A DNA stretch of 63,417 nt, the filler included, from Desulfonatronovibrionaceae bacterium (GTDB lineage: Bacteria > Desulfobacterota > Desulfovibrionia > Desulfovibrionales > Desulfonatronovibrionaceae), in NCBI GenBank assembly GCA_046539845.1. It is 3 parts of 3 records of this genome, joined end to end, with 100 filler letters (N's around TTAATTAATTAA, not from the genome) between each part and the next. Parts side by side here need not be neighbours in the genome. Positions count along the whole stretch, not along the records: positions 1 to 27,426 come from JBKHGE010000030.1; 2 more parts are not named here. One strand, given 5' to 3'. The notes under the pieces are model-generated. The model worked only from the letters and a program-made list of their open reading frames with translations. It did no database searches and was not told where the DNA came from. The position numbers and the translations under genes were made by a program. Shown one piece after another: positions 10,029 to 20,491 of this stretch. How positions within the stretch are numbered: position 1 is the first letter of the stretch; each line of letters starts with the position of its first letter.

Positions 10029-10844
10029 TTAACCCGTCCTTTTTTTGAATTCCACCCAGGCAATGTCTCCGACGGTGCCCAGATACGCCGTTCCCCCTAG
10101 CTCGCCCCTGGCTTCAAGATCATCCCATACCCGGCCCAGTCTGCCCACGCTCTGCGGCCAGTTCTCCGTATCCATCTCCACCTGCATCTCCCGGTCGCGC
10201 AGACCAAAAATCACCGAGCCGGACCCGGTGACTCGGGCCCAGGCCACCTGCTGCAGGGAAAAAGGCATCTTGCCCTGCTGAAAGCTCTTTACCACCTCTT
10301 TGAGCCGGGCGCTGTCCCCGCCCGAATACAAAAGAGGCAGGGAGACAAAGCCCCGGGCCCGAACCGGAGCGATCGTTTCCCCGTTTTGGTCCGCGTAAAA
10401 CAATTTTTCCCCTTTTTTCACCCAGAAGCAGGCCTGGCGCTCGGACAGAGTGAGGGTCAGCCTGTCCGGGAATTCCCGGGTGACAATCACCGAACTGACC
10501 CAGGGATTCTCTTTCAGCCTGCTTTTTATATCCGAGATATTCAGCCCGGCCAGATTGTCCCCCGGCTCTACCTGTGCGGCGGCAAGCACCTCCTGGTTGC
10601 GCAGGTGCTCGTTCCCGGTGATTTCGATCTTTTTCAGGGCCAGAAGAGAGCTGGTGACCACCTCACGGTAGCCAAAAAGGATAAGCAGGCTGAACCCGAG
10701 CACCACTACCAGTGCGGCTGCAATCTTTAAGACCGCTATGATCAGGCCGAGGATATCCGCAAGCCGTGACCTGCTCCCGGACCGAGGCCGGCTCGTGGAA
10801 AAGGCGGCCCTGTTTTTTCTGTACCTGGAGACTGCTACGGACAT
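10029..10844 (-). CDS. ftsQ: Cell division protein FtsQ/DivIB
   Basis: Single TM plus POTRA-like ITGN...PWV...R.FPD.L; lies between murB and ftsA. Confidence 0.9.
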   Translation of the reverse strand: MSVAVSRYRKNRAAFSTSRPRSGSRSRLADILGLIIAVLKIAAALVVVLGFSLLILFGYREVVTSSLLALKKIEITGNEHLRNQEVLAAAQVEPGDNLAGLNISDIKSRLKENPWVSSVIVTREFPDRLTLTLSERQACFWVKKGEKLFYADQNGETIAPVRARGFVSLPLLYSGGDSARLKEVVKSFQQGKMPFSLQQVAWARVTGSGSVIFGLRDREMQVEMDTENWPQSVGRLGRVWDDLEARGELGGTAYLGTVGDIAWVEFKKRTG

Positions 10845-11716
10845 GGGATTATCCTTATCTCGGTTTCCAGCCGGATCCCTTTTTTTTGCCAGGCCGCGTC
10901 CCGGGATTTTCGGATAAGCTCCAGGGCCTGCTCCGAAGTACCGCCGCCCTCGTGGACCAGAAAATTGGCATGCATCCGGGAAAAACCCACCCCGCCCAGG
11001 CGCATGCCCCTAAAGCCGAGCTCATCCAGGATCCTGCCCGCGGTCTTTGGACCGGGGTTCTTGAACACGCATCCGGCGGTACGCTTCAGTACGGGCTGAA
11101 CAGATTTCTTGCGCACGAACCACTTTCGGACCGCCTTTTTCACCTGCTCCGCTCCGGTCCTGCGCAGGGCGAACCAGGCTTTGACCACCACCGGGGACCC
11201 CGGACAAGGAAAGCCCATCTCCCTGTATTTCGGACTGAGTTCGGCCGCCTGGATATCCATCTCCCCGCACTCTGCAGTCCACACCCGGACCGAGGTGAGC
11301 AGATCGCCAGTCTCCACGCCGTGCGCCCCCGCATTCATGGCCACGGCCCCGCCCACGCTGCCCGGAATCCCGGCCAGCGGCTCCAGACCGGAAAGCCCAT
11401 TCTCTGCGCACCAGCCTATAAGACGCGGCAGACGCACCCCGGCGTCCGCGGCCACCACGACCTCCTTGCACCGTTGTTCGTGCACCGAGATGCTGGATGT
11501 ACCGGCCCATTTGACCAGGACCAGCTCTTCTGCTTCCGGGGTAAAAAGTATATTGCTTCCCTCGCCCATAAACATAATCTTTGTGTCTTTTCCCTTCTCC
11601 GGGCCAAATATTTCCCTCAAATCCGCGGTACTTTCCACCAGATAAAGGGCCCGTCCGGTCCCGCCCAGACGCAGGGTGGACAGCCCGGCCAGATCCGGAC
11701 GACTATAAACACGCAT
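10835..11716 (-). CDS. murB: UDP-N-acetylenolpyruvoylglucosamine reductase
   Basis: [41 protein letters not shown]. Confidence 0.97.
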   Translation of the reverse strand: MRVYSRPDLAGLSTLRLGGTGRALYLVESTADLREIFGPEKGKDTKIMFMGEGSNILFTPEAEELVLVKWAGTSSISVHEQRCKEVVVAADAGVRLPRLIGWCAENGLSGLEPLAGIPGSVGGAVAMNAGAHGVETGDLLTSVRVWTAECGEMDIQAAELSPKYREMGFPCPGSPVVVKAWFALRRTGAEQVKKAVRKWFVRKKSVQPVLKRTAGCVFKNPGPKTAGRILDELGFRGMRLGGVGFSRMHANFLVHEGGGTSEQALELIRKSRDAAWQKKGIRLETEIRIIPCP

Positions 11717-13076
11717 CGCGATTCAAAAACCTTTCGCCCACACGCCAGACACTGCCGGCGCCCTGGGTGATAAACACGTCTCCCGGCTGGAGTATATCCA
11801 GCAGGGCTTTGAAGGCGGCATCAAAGTCCTGGACGAAATCCACCTCGGTCTGACTGACCTGCCTTATCCCCTGGGAAAGGCTCAATCCATTCACTCCGGG
11901 TATCGGCGCCTCGGATGCCGGATATATCTCGGTCAAAAGGAGCCGGTCCACGTCCTGAAAAGTACTACAGAAATCCCCGAAAAGCGCTCTGGTCCGGGTA
12001 AAACGGTGAGGCTGGAACAGGACCACCAGCCTGCGGCCCGGATAGCACTGCCTGGCCGTCTCCAGGGTGGCCCGGATCTCGGTCGGGTGGTGTCCGTAGT
12101 CGTCTATGACCAGGACCCCGTTTTTTTCGCCCTTGACCTCGAATCTGCGGCCCACCCCGCCGAAAAGCTCCAGCCCGGCAACTATCTTCTCCCGCGGCAG
12201 ACCAGCGACTATGGAAATACCCACCGCTGCCAAGGCGTTCAGGATATTGTGCCTGCCCGGCTGACTCAGCCGGACCCGGCTCCACTTTTCCCTGTCCAAG
12301 AAGATTTCGAACTCAGAGCAGGTGGAGGAAACAATATCTCTGGCCTGCAGGCGGTTCCCGGGCCCTACACCATAGGTCATAACCGGCCTTTTCACCCTGG
12401 GGATCAGTTCCATGACCCCGGGATCGTCACCGCAGACCACGTTAATCCCGTAAAAAGGGACCGAATTCATGAACTGGACAAACACGTCCTTTATCTCCTG
12501 CAGGTCGCGGTAGTGATCCAGGTGATCCGCATCCACGTTGGTGACCACGTTCATTATGGGGAAAAGGCACAGAAAGGACTTGTCCGATTCGTCCGCCTCC
12601 GCGATCAGAAAGTCCCCGCGCCCCGGCAGGGCATTGCTCCCGTAGGAGTTGAGCCTTCCGCCTATGATCACCGTCGGATCCAATCCGGCCTCCTTGAATA
12701 TGGTCCCCAGAAAAGATGTGGTTGAGGTCTTGCCGTGGGTCCCGGCCACTGCAATCCCGGTCTTGAGGCGCATGAGCTCGGCCAGCATCTCCGCCCTGGG
12801 GATAACCGGGATGCTTTTCTCCCGGGCCCGGACCAGCTCCGCATTGTCTTCGTCTATGGCCGTGGACTTGACCACCACCTCGGCCTTTTCCACATTGTCC
12901 GGGTCATGACCGATACACACCCGGGCCCCGGCCTGCCGCAGCTGCTCCACCGCCCCACTCTCGCTCAGGTCCGAACCGGACACCCTGTAGCCCAGATTCA
13001 AAAGGACCTCGGCGATCCCGCTCATTCCCGAGCCGCCGATTCCGACCATGTGTATGCGCCTGACTTTGTCTTTCAA
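11703..13076 (-). CDS. murC: UDP-N-acetylmuramate--L-alanine ligase
   Basis: [35 protein letters not shown] start. Confidence 0.98.
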   Translation of the reverse strand: MKDKVRRIHMVGIGGSGMSGIAEVLLNLGYRVSGSDLSESGAVEQLRQAGARVCIGHDPDNVEKAEVVVKSTAIDEDNAELVRAREKSIPVIPRAEMLAELMRLKTGIAVAGTHGKTSTTSFLGTIFKEAGLDPTVIIGGRLNSYGSNALPGRGDFLIAEADESDKSFLCLFPIMNVVTNVDADHLDHYRDLQEIKDVFVQFMNSVPFYGINVVCGDDPGVMELIPRVKRPVMTYGVGPGNRLQARDIVSSTCSEFEIFLDREKWSRVRLSQPGRHNILNALAAVGISIVAGLPREKIVAGLELFGGVGRRFEVKGEKNGVLVIDDYGHHPTEIRATLETARQCYPGRRLVVLFQPHRFTRTRALFGDFCSTFQDVDRLLLTEIYPASEAPIPGVNGLSLSQGIRQVSQTEVDFVQDFDAAFKALLDILQPGDVFITQGAGSVWRVGERFLNRDACL

Positions 13077-13107
13077 CTTTTGATCCTGTCTGCTTATAGT
13101 CTGCGCC

Positions 13108-14184
13108 TCAGTTAGCGTTCATTTCTTCCAATTCTTTTATGATATCTTTGGCTGCATTCGGTCTTCCCAGGCTTTTGGCCGCCTCACCCATATCCTTCAG
13201 TTTCTGCCTGGCCCCGAGCAGATCCCCGATCAGCGTGGCCAGATTAACCTCGCCCAGATAGTTCTGCATAAGGAGCATGGCCGCGCCCGCCTCCTCCAGG
13301 TATCTGGCGTTGTTCAACTGGTGGTTGTGCGTGGCATAGGGAAACGGGACCAGCACTGAGGGCTTGCCCGCAGCGCACAGCTCGGCCAGTGTTGTCGCTC
13401 CAGCCCGGCACAAAACCAGATCAGCAAAGGCATATGCCTCGGCCATATCCTGGATAAACCTGTCCACCCTGGCCTCGGGATAGACCTGTTCATATCTGGG
13501 GCTCACCTCATCAAACCCTTGCTCTCCGGCCTGATGCCAGATGCTTATGCCCTGCTCACGGAGTTCGGGCAGACAATCGACTACTGCCCTGTTGACCCCC
13601 CTGGCTCCCTGGCTCCCGCCCAGGACCAGGAGATTCTTCCCCCGCTTTTGCCCCTTTTTCCGGTCCGCGGCCATCAGGACCTCTTTGCGCACCGGATTGC
13701 CAAAAGTGCGTACCTTATCCGGATCAAAGAACCCGTATTCGTCCGGAAAAGAGAGAAACACCCGGTGTACACGCCTGCCCAGGACCCTGTTGGTCATCCC
13801 GGGCAAGCTGTTCTGTTCGTGCACCGCGGTTGGAATGCCCAGCCACTTGGCGGCCAGGACCGGAGCGAATCCGGCGTAGCCGCCGAAGCCCAGGACAGCG
13901 TTCGGTCTTAGCCGGCGCAAAAGGAGCAGGGCTATGGTCAGGCTGCGGCCCATGCGGAAGAAAGCGCCCACGGATTTGAACCCGCGGCCCATTATTCCCC
14001 GGGCGGGCAGGGCCACAAAACGAATTCCGTTTTGCTCTGCCAGTTCCTTCTCCGGGCCGTACCTGCCGCCGACAAAGATTATTTCGCAGTCCGGACGGGT
14101 ATGGCGCACAGTTTCGGCCACGGCCAGGGCGGGAAATATATGCCCGCCGGTGCCGCCTGTGGTCAAAACAAGACGCTTTAGCAT
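13108..14184 (-). CDS. murG: Lipid II GlcNAc transferase
   Basis: [30 protein letters not shown]. Confidence 0.98.
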   Translation of the reverse strand: MLKRLVLTTGGTGGHIFPALAVAETVRHTRPDCEIIFVGGRYGPEKELAEQNGIRFVALPARGIMGRGFKSVGAFFRMGRSLTIALLLLRRLRPNAVLGFGGYAGFAPVLAAKWLGIPTAVHEQNSLPGMTNRVLGRRVHRVFLSFPDEYGFFDPDKVRTFGNPVRKEVLMAADRKKGQKRGKNLLVLGGSQGARGVNRAVVDCLPELREQGISIWHQAGEQGFDEVSPRYEQVYPEARVDRFIQDMAEAYAFADLVLCRAGATTLAELCAAGKPSVLVPFPYATHNHQLNNARYLEEAGAAMLLMQNYLGEVNLATLIGDLLGARQKLKDMGEAAKSLGRPNAAKDIIKELEEMNAN

Positions 14185-15296
14185 CTCTTCCTCCGGGAGA
14201 GATTCAAAAGGACCCCGGCGCAGAAGAAGCTGATCAACAAACTGCTTCCCCCGTAGCTGATAAAGGGCATGGCTACTCCCTTGGGCGGGACCGCACCCAG
14301 AACTACGGCCATATTCAAAAGAGCGGCCAAGGTAACCACCAGCCCCAGACCACAGCCCAAGAATCTCTTCTCCAGTTCGTCCTGATCCAGGGAGATCTTA
14401 AACGCCCGCCACATCCACAGCCCCAGGAGCAAAAACACGATAGATATCCCGATAAAACCCAGCTCCTCGCCCAAAACAGCCAAAATAAAGTCGTTATGCG
14501 CCTCCGGGAGAAAAAACAGTTTTTGCCTGCCTTCGCCCAGGCCGCGTCCCCAAACCCCCCCTGCGCCCAGGCCGTACAAAGACTGGACCAGCTGATACCC
14601 GGAGTCGCTCGGATCCTTGAACGGGTCCAGGAACACGAACCAGCGCTTGAACCGATAGGGGGAATTGATGATCATGGCCGTTCCCGTGGCCACGGCCAAG
14701 ACGGCTGCCGGAAACAAATACATGAGCCTGGTCCCGCCGATAAGGCTCATAAAAAACAAAAGTCCGGCCAGAAACACGGCCCCGCCGAAATCCGGCTGCA
14801 GCAATAAAAGCACGCACATGGCGCCGGTTATTACGCTGGGCGGAAGAAAGCCCACGCTAAAGGTCTTTACCAGGTGCTGCTTGTTGGCGAAAAAATAAGC
14901 CAGATAGATGACCAGCCCGGCCTTGGCCGCCTCCAGGGGCTGGAGGCCCACCCCGCCCAGACTGACCCATCTGCTGGCCCCGCCGGATTCCACCTGCCAC
15001 GGGGAGACCACGCTCAAAATCAGAAGGGCAAAGACCAAAATCAGCCACACGTATTTTAAACGGGTCAAAAGCCGGACCGGGAAATACATAAAGAAGGACA
15101 TGACCAGGAGCCCGAGCAAGGTGAACACGACCTGCTTTTCAAAGAAATAATACTTGTTGGACCAGAATTTCTCGGCCATAAGCGAACTTGAGCTTAGAAC
15201 CATGATCAGTCCGATGGCGGACAGACCCAGGACCGAGGCCAAAAGGACATAGTCGAATCCGGGATGGGCTGCGGTCTTGTTCTTTCTTTTGCTCAT
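14178..15296 (-). CDS. ftsW: SEDS peptidoglycan glycosyltransferase FtsW
   Basis: GASRW, QPLE..K, QPDFG, LPEAHNDF, PFISYGGSS. Confidence 0.97.
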   Translation of the reverse strand: MSKRKNKTAAHPGFDYVLLASVLGLSAIGLIMVLSSSSLMAEKFWSNKYYFFEKQVVFTLLGLLVMSFFMYFPVRLLTRLKYVWLILVFALLILSVVSPWQVESGGASRWVSLGGVGLQPLEAAKAGLVIYLAYFFANKQHLVKTFSVGFLPPSVITGAMCVLLLLQPDFGGAVFLAGLLFFMSLIGGTRLMYLFPAAVLAVATGTAMIINSPYRFKRWFVFLDPFKDPSDSGYQLVQSLYGLGAGGVWGRGLGEGRQKLFFLPEAHNDFILAVLGEELGFIGISIVFLLLGLWMWRAFKISLDQDELEKRFLGCGLGLVVTLAALLNMAVVLGAVPPKGVAMPFISYGGSSLLISFFCAGVLLNLSRRKRC

Positions 15297-16585
15297 ATGT
15301 GAACAGCCCTTTTTACGGTTTCCTTGAACGTATCCCCTCTAGCCTTGTAGTCCGGAAACAAATCAAAGCTGGCCGTGGCCGGAGACAAGATGACATTGTC
15401 CCCGGGAGAACTCTCTTCAACCGCCCTGCGGGCCGCGGCCTCCAGACTTGAAAACCATTCCATACCCACCGCTTCCTTCCAGGCGGACTCGAATATCTCC
15501 CGGCTGTCCCCAAACAAATAGACTTTGGCCGCTTTTGCCTGCAAAAGCCCGTTTACCTGGCTCAAGTCACCGCCTTTGAACACCCCTCCGGCCAACAGCC
15601 GTACCGGGGCGGGAAAGCTGGCCAAGGCGGCCCGGAGCGCATCCACGGACGTGGCCTTGGAGTCATTCACATATCTGATCCCGTTATGGACCAAAAAGAT
15701 CTCCTGCCTGTGCTCCGGGGGCCTGAAACCGTTCAATGCCTTTTGGAAGCTTTCTTCGCTTACCCCGAAATAGCGGCAGGCGTGATACGCGGCCTCCATA
15801 TTGGCCTGATTGTGTTCCCCGGGCAGGGCCGAACAGACAAACACCCCTCTGGGCATGAAATACACGGTCTTTGCCGCGGTGAAATCCAGCCGGGCAAGCC
15901 TCTCCCGCAGGGCAAAAGGCACAACCGCCAGATCTTTTTCCTGCTGCCTGGCAAAGAGTTTCAGTTTGGCCTCCAGGTACTCCTGTTCATCGGCGTGATA
16001 GTCCAGGTGATTGGCACTGAAATTGAGCAGCACCCCGACTGCGGGCCTGAAGCCGCTGCAGTTCTGGAGCTGAAAGCTGCTCACTTCCAGGAGCAAAATA
16101 TCCGCTTTGCGGCCCTCCAAGACGAATTCCGATAGAGGCGTGCCGATATTCCCGCCGGTGAAAACCGTCTTGCCGCACTCGGTCAGGACATGACTGAGCA
16201 GCAGCGTGGTCGAGGTCTTGCCGTTGGTCCCGGTTACAGCCAGAATCGGGGTGGATACGAACCAGGAGGCGAATTCCAGCTCGGAAAAGACCTGGGCCTG
16301 GCTCGGCAGGCAATGCTTTAGTTTTTTTCTGGGCACACCAGGGCTTAAAACGATCATCTGCGCCTCCCGGAAATGCTCCGGGCGGTGCTCTCCGGACACG
16401 AGCGTCCATCCGCTTCTCTTTGCCCGGTCTTTGACCTCCGGGGAGAAGCTGTCTTTTCTGTCTGCGACAAGCACGCGGGCCCCGAGGGCTGAAGCCAGGG
16501 AAGCGGCGGCCAAACCGGAGCTTCCGGCCCCTACAACCGCCACGCAGTGCCCGCGCAATTGTTCCCGATGGATCAACTCGTTCAT
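15293..16585 (-). CDS. murD: UDP-MurNAc-L-Ala--D-glutamate ligase
   Basis: GTNGKTST, GGNIG, EVSSFQL, NDSKAT, SPATASFD. Confidence 0.98.
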   Translation of the reverse strand: MNELIHREQLRGHCVAVVGAGSSGLAAASLASALGARVLVADRKDSFSPEVKDRAKRSGWTLVSGEHRPEHFREAQMIVLSPGVPRKKLKHCLPSQAQVFSELEFASWFVSTPILAVTGTNGKTSTTLLLSHVLTECGKTVFTGGNIGTPLSEFVLEGRKADILLLEVSSFQLQNCSGFRPAVGVLLNFSANHLDYHADEQEYLEAKLKLFARQQEKDLAVVPFALRERLARLDFTAAKTVYFMPRGVFVCSALPGEHNQANMEAAYHACRYFGVSEESFQKALNGFRPPEHRQEIFLVHNGIRYVNDSKATSVDALRAALASFPAPVRLLAGGVFKGGDLSQVNGLLQAKAAKVYLFGDSREIFESAWKEAVGMEWFSSLEAAARRAVEESSPGDNVILSPATASFDLFPDYKARGDTFKETVKRAVHI

Positions 16586-16588
16586 CTG

Positions 16589-17665
16589 CTACCTCAGCTT
16601 GAGTGTGCTTAGGGCCAAAAGGGCCAGGAGTATGGATAAGATCCAGAAACGAATGATTATCTTGGACTCCGGGACCCCTTTGAGTTCAAAATGGTGATGC
16701 AGCGGGGCCATTTTAAATATCCTCTTGCCCCCGCTCACCTTGAAATATCCCACCTGAAGTATGACCGAGAGGGTCTCGACCACAAACAGCCCGCCGACAA
16801 TGACCAGCAAAAGCTCCTGCTTGCACAAAACAGCTATAAAGCCCAACACACCGCCTATGCTCAGACTGCCCACATCACCCATGAACACCTGGGCCGGATA
16901 GGCATTGAACCACAAAAATCCCAGTCCGGCCCCAACCAGGGCACTGCAGAACACAGCCACCTCTCCCACTCCCGGGATGTACGTGACCTGCAGATAGTCG
17001 GCCAAGTGATAGTGGCCGCTTACATAGATAAAAAGGGCGAAACAGCCGGCGGTTACCACGCAGGGCCCGATAGCCAGTCCGTCCAGCCCGTCGGTCAGGT
17101 TCACTCCGTTGGACGCGCCGACCATGACCAAAACAGCGAACGGGAGATACAGCAGGCCCAGATCCGGAGTCAGGCCCTTGAAGAACGGAACCATGAGTTC
17201 CGAAGAGTAGCCGGGCATTATCATCAAAACCGAGACCGCGCCTATGCCTACGATTATCTGTCCGCTGAACTTGCCCCACGGCCTAAGCCCCTGATTCTTT
17301 TTTTTGACCACCTTCAGATAGTCGTCAAAAAATCCGACCAGCCCGAATCCGACGAACACGAAGATAATCAGCCAGGTATAGACATTGCTCAAATCGCCCC
17401 AGAGCAGCACACTGGTCAAAACCGTCCCGCAAATGAGCAATCCGCCCATGGTCGGGGTCCCGGCCTTGCTCTGGTGATTCGGTCCGTCCTCCTGGATATA
17501 TTGGCCGAATTTTATTTTCTTCAGCCACCTGATGACCCGGGGCCCCAAGAGTATGCTTAAAATAAGGGCCGTAAGCAGGGCGTATATGCTCCGGAAGGTG
17601 ATATACCGAAAGACATTGAATGCCCCCACATACTCGGCCAAAGGAAACAGCAGGTGATAAAGCAT
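16589..17665 (-). CDS. mraY: Phospho-N-acetylmuramoyl-pentapeptide transferase
   Basis: [35 protein letters not shown]. Confidence 0.99.
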   Translation of the reverse strand: MLYHLLFPLAEYVGAFNVFRYITFRSIYALLTALILSILLGPRVIRWLKKIKFGQYIQEDGPNHQSKAGTPTMGGLLICGTVLTSVLLWGDLSNVYTWLIIFVFVGFGLVGFFDDYLKVVKKKNQGLRPWGKFSGQIIVGIGAVSVLMIMPGYSSELMVPFFKGLTPDLGLLYLPFAVLVMVGASNGVNLTDGLDGLAIGPCVVTAGCFALFIYVSGHYHLADYLQVTYIPGVGEVAVFCSALVGAGLGFLWFNAYPAQVFMGDVGSLSIGGVLGFIAVLCKQELLLVIVGGLFVVETLSVILQVGYFKVSGGKRIFKMAPLHHHFELKGVPESKIIIRFWILSILLALLALSTLKLR

Positions 17666-17670
17666 GGATC

Positions 17671-19062
17671 TTAATTCTCTCCCGGGTTATGGCCCAGTTC
17701 AGTGCTCAGGGCCTGCAGATATCTCTCCATTTGGGCGCTTCTGGAACCTTTGAAAAGGGTGACCGCAGCAGCCGGGGCATCCTTCCTCCAGGCCCGGAGG
17801 AAATCCTCCGGGGAATCCACGGCCTGAAATACATCCCTTCTTTCCGGATCAATACCAATGCGGACCTCCTCCCGGCTGGGGCCGGCAAAATAGGCCTTTT
17901 CACAGCCGCTCTTTTCTATCCAGGCCCCAAGCTCGCGGTGCTTTTCCGCCCGCTTGTTTCCGAGTTCGCCCATCTCACCCAGAACCAGGACCAGTCCTCT
18001 GCCGCCGGCCGCCTCTTTTGCCGCCTGGATGGCCCCGGACATGGACAAGGGATTGGCGTTGTAAGAGTCGTCCAAAATCAGCCGCTCTCCGAACAGCATG
18101 GAGCGCATGCGGCGCTCCGGGACCCTGACCCGGGCAAGCCCATTTGCAATCCTGTTTTCTGTCATTCCCAAGGCGCTGGCAGTGCAGGCGGCTGCAGCCA
18201 CGCTCTCCGCCAGATGCCGCCCGAAAAAGGGAAGAAAAACCTCTGCTTCCCGGTCTTGGACCGAAATACGGTATACTCCCCCGCCTTCCCTGGGTCCGGC
18301 ATATTCGGCCCGGCACTGCGCACCTTGTCCGCCAAACCAAAGCTTTTGGATATCTCTTCGGCAGCCCAGCTCCTGTAACAGCTCCGGGTGGTCAGCGCTG
18401 GCAACGCACAGGCCCTGTTTTGGGAGGTAGTCGGCAAGTCTGGCCTTGGCCCGGGCCACACCTTTTTCGTTTTCAAGTCCCTGCAGGTGACAGGGGCCGA
18501 TATTGATCACCACCGCCACGTCCGGCTCACAAATCCTCCCCAGCTCGTCCATGTCCCCGGGGCAATTAATCCCCAGTTCCAGGATCCAGAATTCTTCGTC
18601 TCCATCCATGGCCAGTATACTCAAAGGCAGTCCGACCTGATTATTGAAATTCTTGTAGTTGCGGCCGGTTTTGCCCTGGGTCTGCAGGACCGCGTATAAA
18701 AGCTCCTTGGTAGTGGTCTTTCCAGCCGAGCCAGTGACCGCTATGACCCGGGAGCTTGTCCGTCGCCGGGCGTAAACGGCCAGATCGCCCAAGGCGACAA
18801 GGGTATCCCGGACCATGAGCACCGGGACCGCGGTGATATCCGGCAGGGGCTTATGGGCCACCACTGCTGCCGCCCCTCTCCGAACCGCATCCGGGGCAAA
18901 ATTGTGCCCGTCAAAGGCTTGGCCGCTCAGGCAGAAAAAGACATCTCCCTTTTGGATCGCCCGGCTGTCGGTTTGGACCCGGACAAGACCGCTGGCTGCG
19001 GTTTGGTCCAAATCGCCCAGAGCACGGATGGCGGAGGCTATCTCCTGCAGTTCAAATCTCAT
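17671..19062 (-). CDS. murF: UDP-MurNAc-tripeptide--D-Ala-D-Ala ligase
   Basis: [35 protein letters not shown]; start placed at ATG 19062 overlapping the murE end. Confidence 0.96.
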   Translation of the reverse strand: MRFELQEIASAIRALGDLDQTAASGLVRVQTDSRAIQKGDVFFCLSGQAFDGHNFAPDAVRRGAAAVVAHKPLPDITAVPVLMVRDTLVALGDLAVYARRRTSSRVIAVTGSAGKTTTKELLYAVLQTQGKTGRNYKNFNNQVGLPLSILAMDGDEEFWILELGINCPGDMDELGRICEPDVAVVINIGPCHLQGLENEKGVARAKARLADYLPKQGLCVASADHPELLQELGCRRDIQKLWFGGQGAQCRAEYAGPREGGGVYRISVQDREAEVFLPFFGRHLAESVAAAACTASALGMTENRIANGLARVRVPERRMRSMLFGERLILDDSYNANPLSMSGAIQAAKEAAGGRGLVLVLGEMGELGNKRAEKHRELGAWIEKSGCEKAYFAGPSREEVRIGIDPERRDVFQAVDSPEDFLRAWRKDAPAAAVTLFKGSRSAQMERYLQALSTELGHNPGEN

Positions 19063-20491
19063 TTCCCACCTCGGCCAAGACCTTGGCGTCGTCGAATTCC
19101 CGGCGCTCACCGCGGACTTCCTGATAGGTCTCGTGTCCCTTGCCCGCGACCAGAAGGGCCCCGCCGGCAGGACATTTTTCCAGCCCCAGCCTGATTGCCT
19201 GCCGCCGATCCGGCTGGACAAAAACCTGTGTGCACTCCCCGGTCCCGGCCAGAATCTCTTGGATTATATCCTCGGGATCCTCATCCCGGGGATTGTCCGA
19301 AGTGACGACCACGGTATCCGCATACCTGCAGGCGATACCGCCCATAAGCGGCCTTTTCTGCCGGTCCCGGTTGCCTCCACAGCCGAAGACCACGACCAGG
19401 GCGGTGAAATCCGCTCCTCGCAGGGCCCGGCAGCAATTTTCCAGGGCATCCGGGGTGTGGGCGTAATCAACAAACATATTTTTGCCCCGGTCGTTGGGCA
19501 CCTTCTGCAACCGTCCGGGGATGCCCGGAAATTTCTCCAAGGCCCGGAAGTCTTCCGGGGCTAGACCCAGCTTCAGTCCGATGCCTGCGGCTGCAAGCAG
19601 ATTGGAGGCGTTGTATTCCCCGACAAGCGGGCTTTTGATCTCCCAGGATCTGTCTTGGTAAAAGCATCTGAGTTCCAGGCCGCCGGGGCCTGTCCGGATA
19701 ATCTCTCCTTTCAGGGCCGGCTCAAACTGGCCTTGCAGGCCGTAAGTAAGCGCGGAGCCGATTTCCGCGGCCAGTTCGCGACCAAAGAGGTCGTCAGAAT
19801 TGACCACCGCCGCAGGCCGTTTCCCACGGGCAGGGAAAAACAATTTTTTCTTGGCCTGGAAATAGCTGTCCATATCCGAATGATAGTCCAGGTGCTCCCG
19901 GGTCAGATTGGTGAACACAGCCGCATCAAAGTCTACACCGGCCAGCCTGTTCTGTTCCAAGGCGTGTGAGGAGACCTCCATACACACCGCCTTCACCCCG
20001 CAGTCAGCCATTTCCCGCAGCAGGGCATGGGTCTGGAGGCAATCCGGGGTAGTCATCCCGGCCGTACGCCTCACCCCGGGCCAGCGGTACTCCACAGTGC
20101 CGATCACGCCCGTCTGGTATCCACAGGAAAAAAGCAGGTGCTCCAACAGATAAGTACAACTGGTCTTTCCGTTGGTCCCGGTGATGCCGATAATCTGCAT
20201 ATCCAGTTTTGCGGTTTGATATGCGGCCCTGGCCAGTTCCCCCAAAGCCTCTCGGCTGTCCGGGACCCGGACTATCCGCCTGTCTTCGACCCGGACGCGG
20301 TCCCCTGCGGAGACCACGGCAAAGGCGGCCCCACTGTCCAGGACCCGGGGCACAAATTTTATCCCGTGCACATGGGTCCCGGGAAGGGCAACAAAGATAT
20401 CCCCTTTTCCCGTCCGGCGGGAGTCAATGCGTATCCGCCCCCTGTCTGCGGCGTACTCCAGGACCCTTTGCCATTTGTGCCGCTCATCCAT
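19052..20491 (-). CDS. murE: UDP-MurNAc-dipeptide--meso-DAP ligase
   Basis: GTNGKTS, MEVSSHAL, VDYAHTPDAL, DNPR (DAP-specific motif), AGKGHETYQ. Confidence 0.98.
   Translation of the reverse strand: MDERHKWQRVLEYAADRGRIRIDSRRTGKGDIFVALPGTHVHGIKFVPRVLDSGAAFAVVSAGDRVRVEDRRIVRVPDSREALGELARAAYQTAKLDMQIIGITGTNGKTSCTYLLEHLLFSCGYQTGVIGTVEYRWPGVRRTAGMTTPDCLQTHALLREMADCGVKAVCMEVSSHALEQNRLAGVDFDAAVFTNLTREHLDYHSDMDSYFQAKKKLFFPARGKRPAAVVNSDDLFGRELAAEIGSALTYGLQGQFEPALKGEIIRTGPGGLELRCFYQDRSWEIKSPLVGEYNASNLLAAAGIGLKLGLAPEDFRALEKFPGIPGRLQKVPNDRGKNMFVDYAHTPDALENCCRALRGADFTALVVVFGCGGNRDRQKRPLMGGIACRYADTVVVTSDNPRDEDPEDIIQEILAGTGECTQVFVQPDRRQAIRLGLEKCPAGGALLVAGKGHETYQEVRGERREFDDAKVLAEVGNEI

Noticed and set aside
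19063..19221. Extended MurF N-terminus
   Set aside because: Overlaps murE in another frame; ATG 19062 fits normal coupling.
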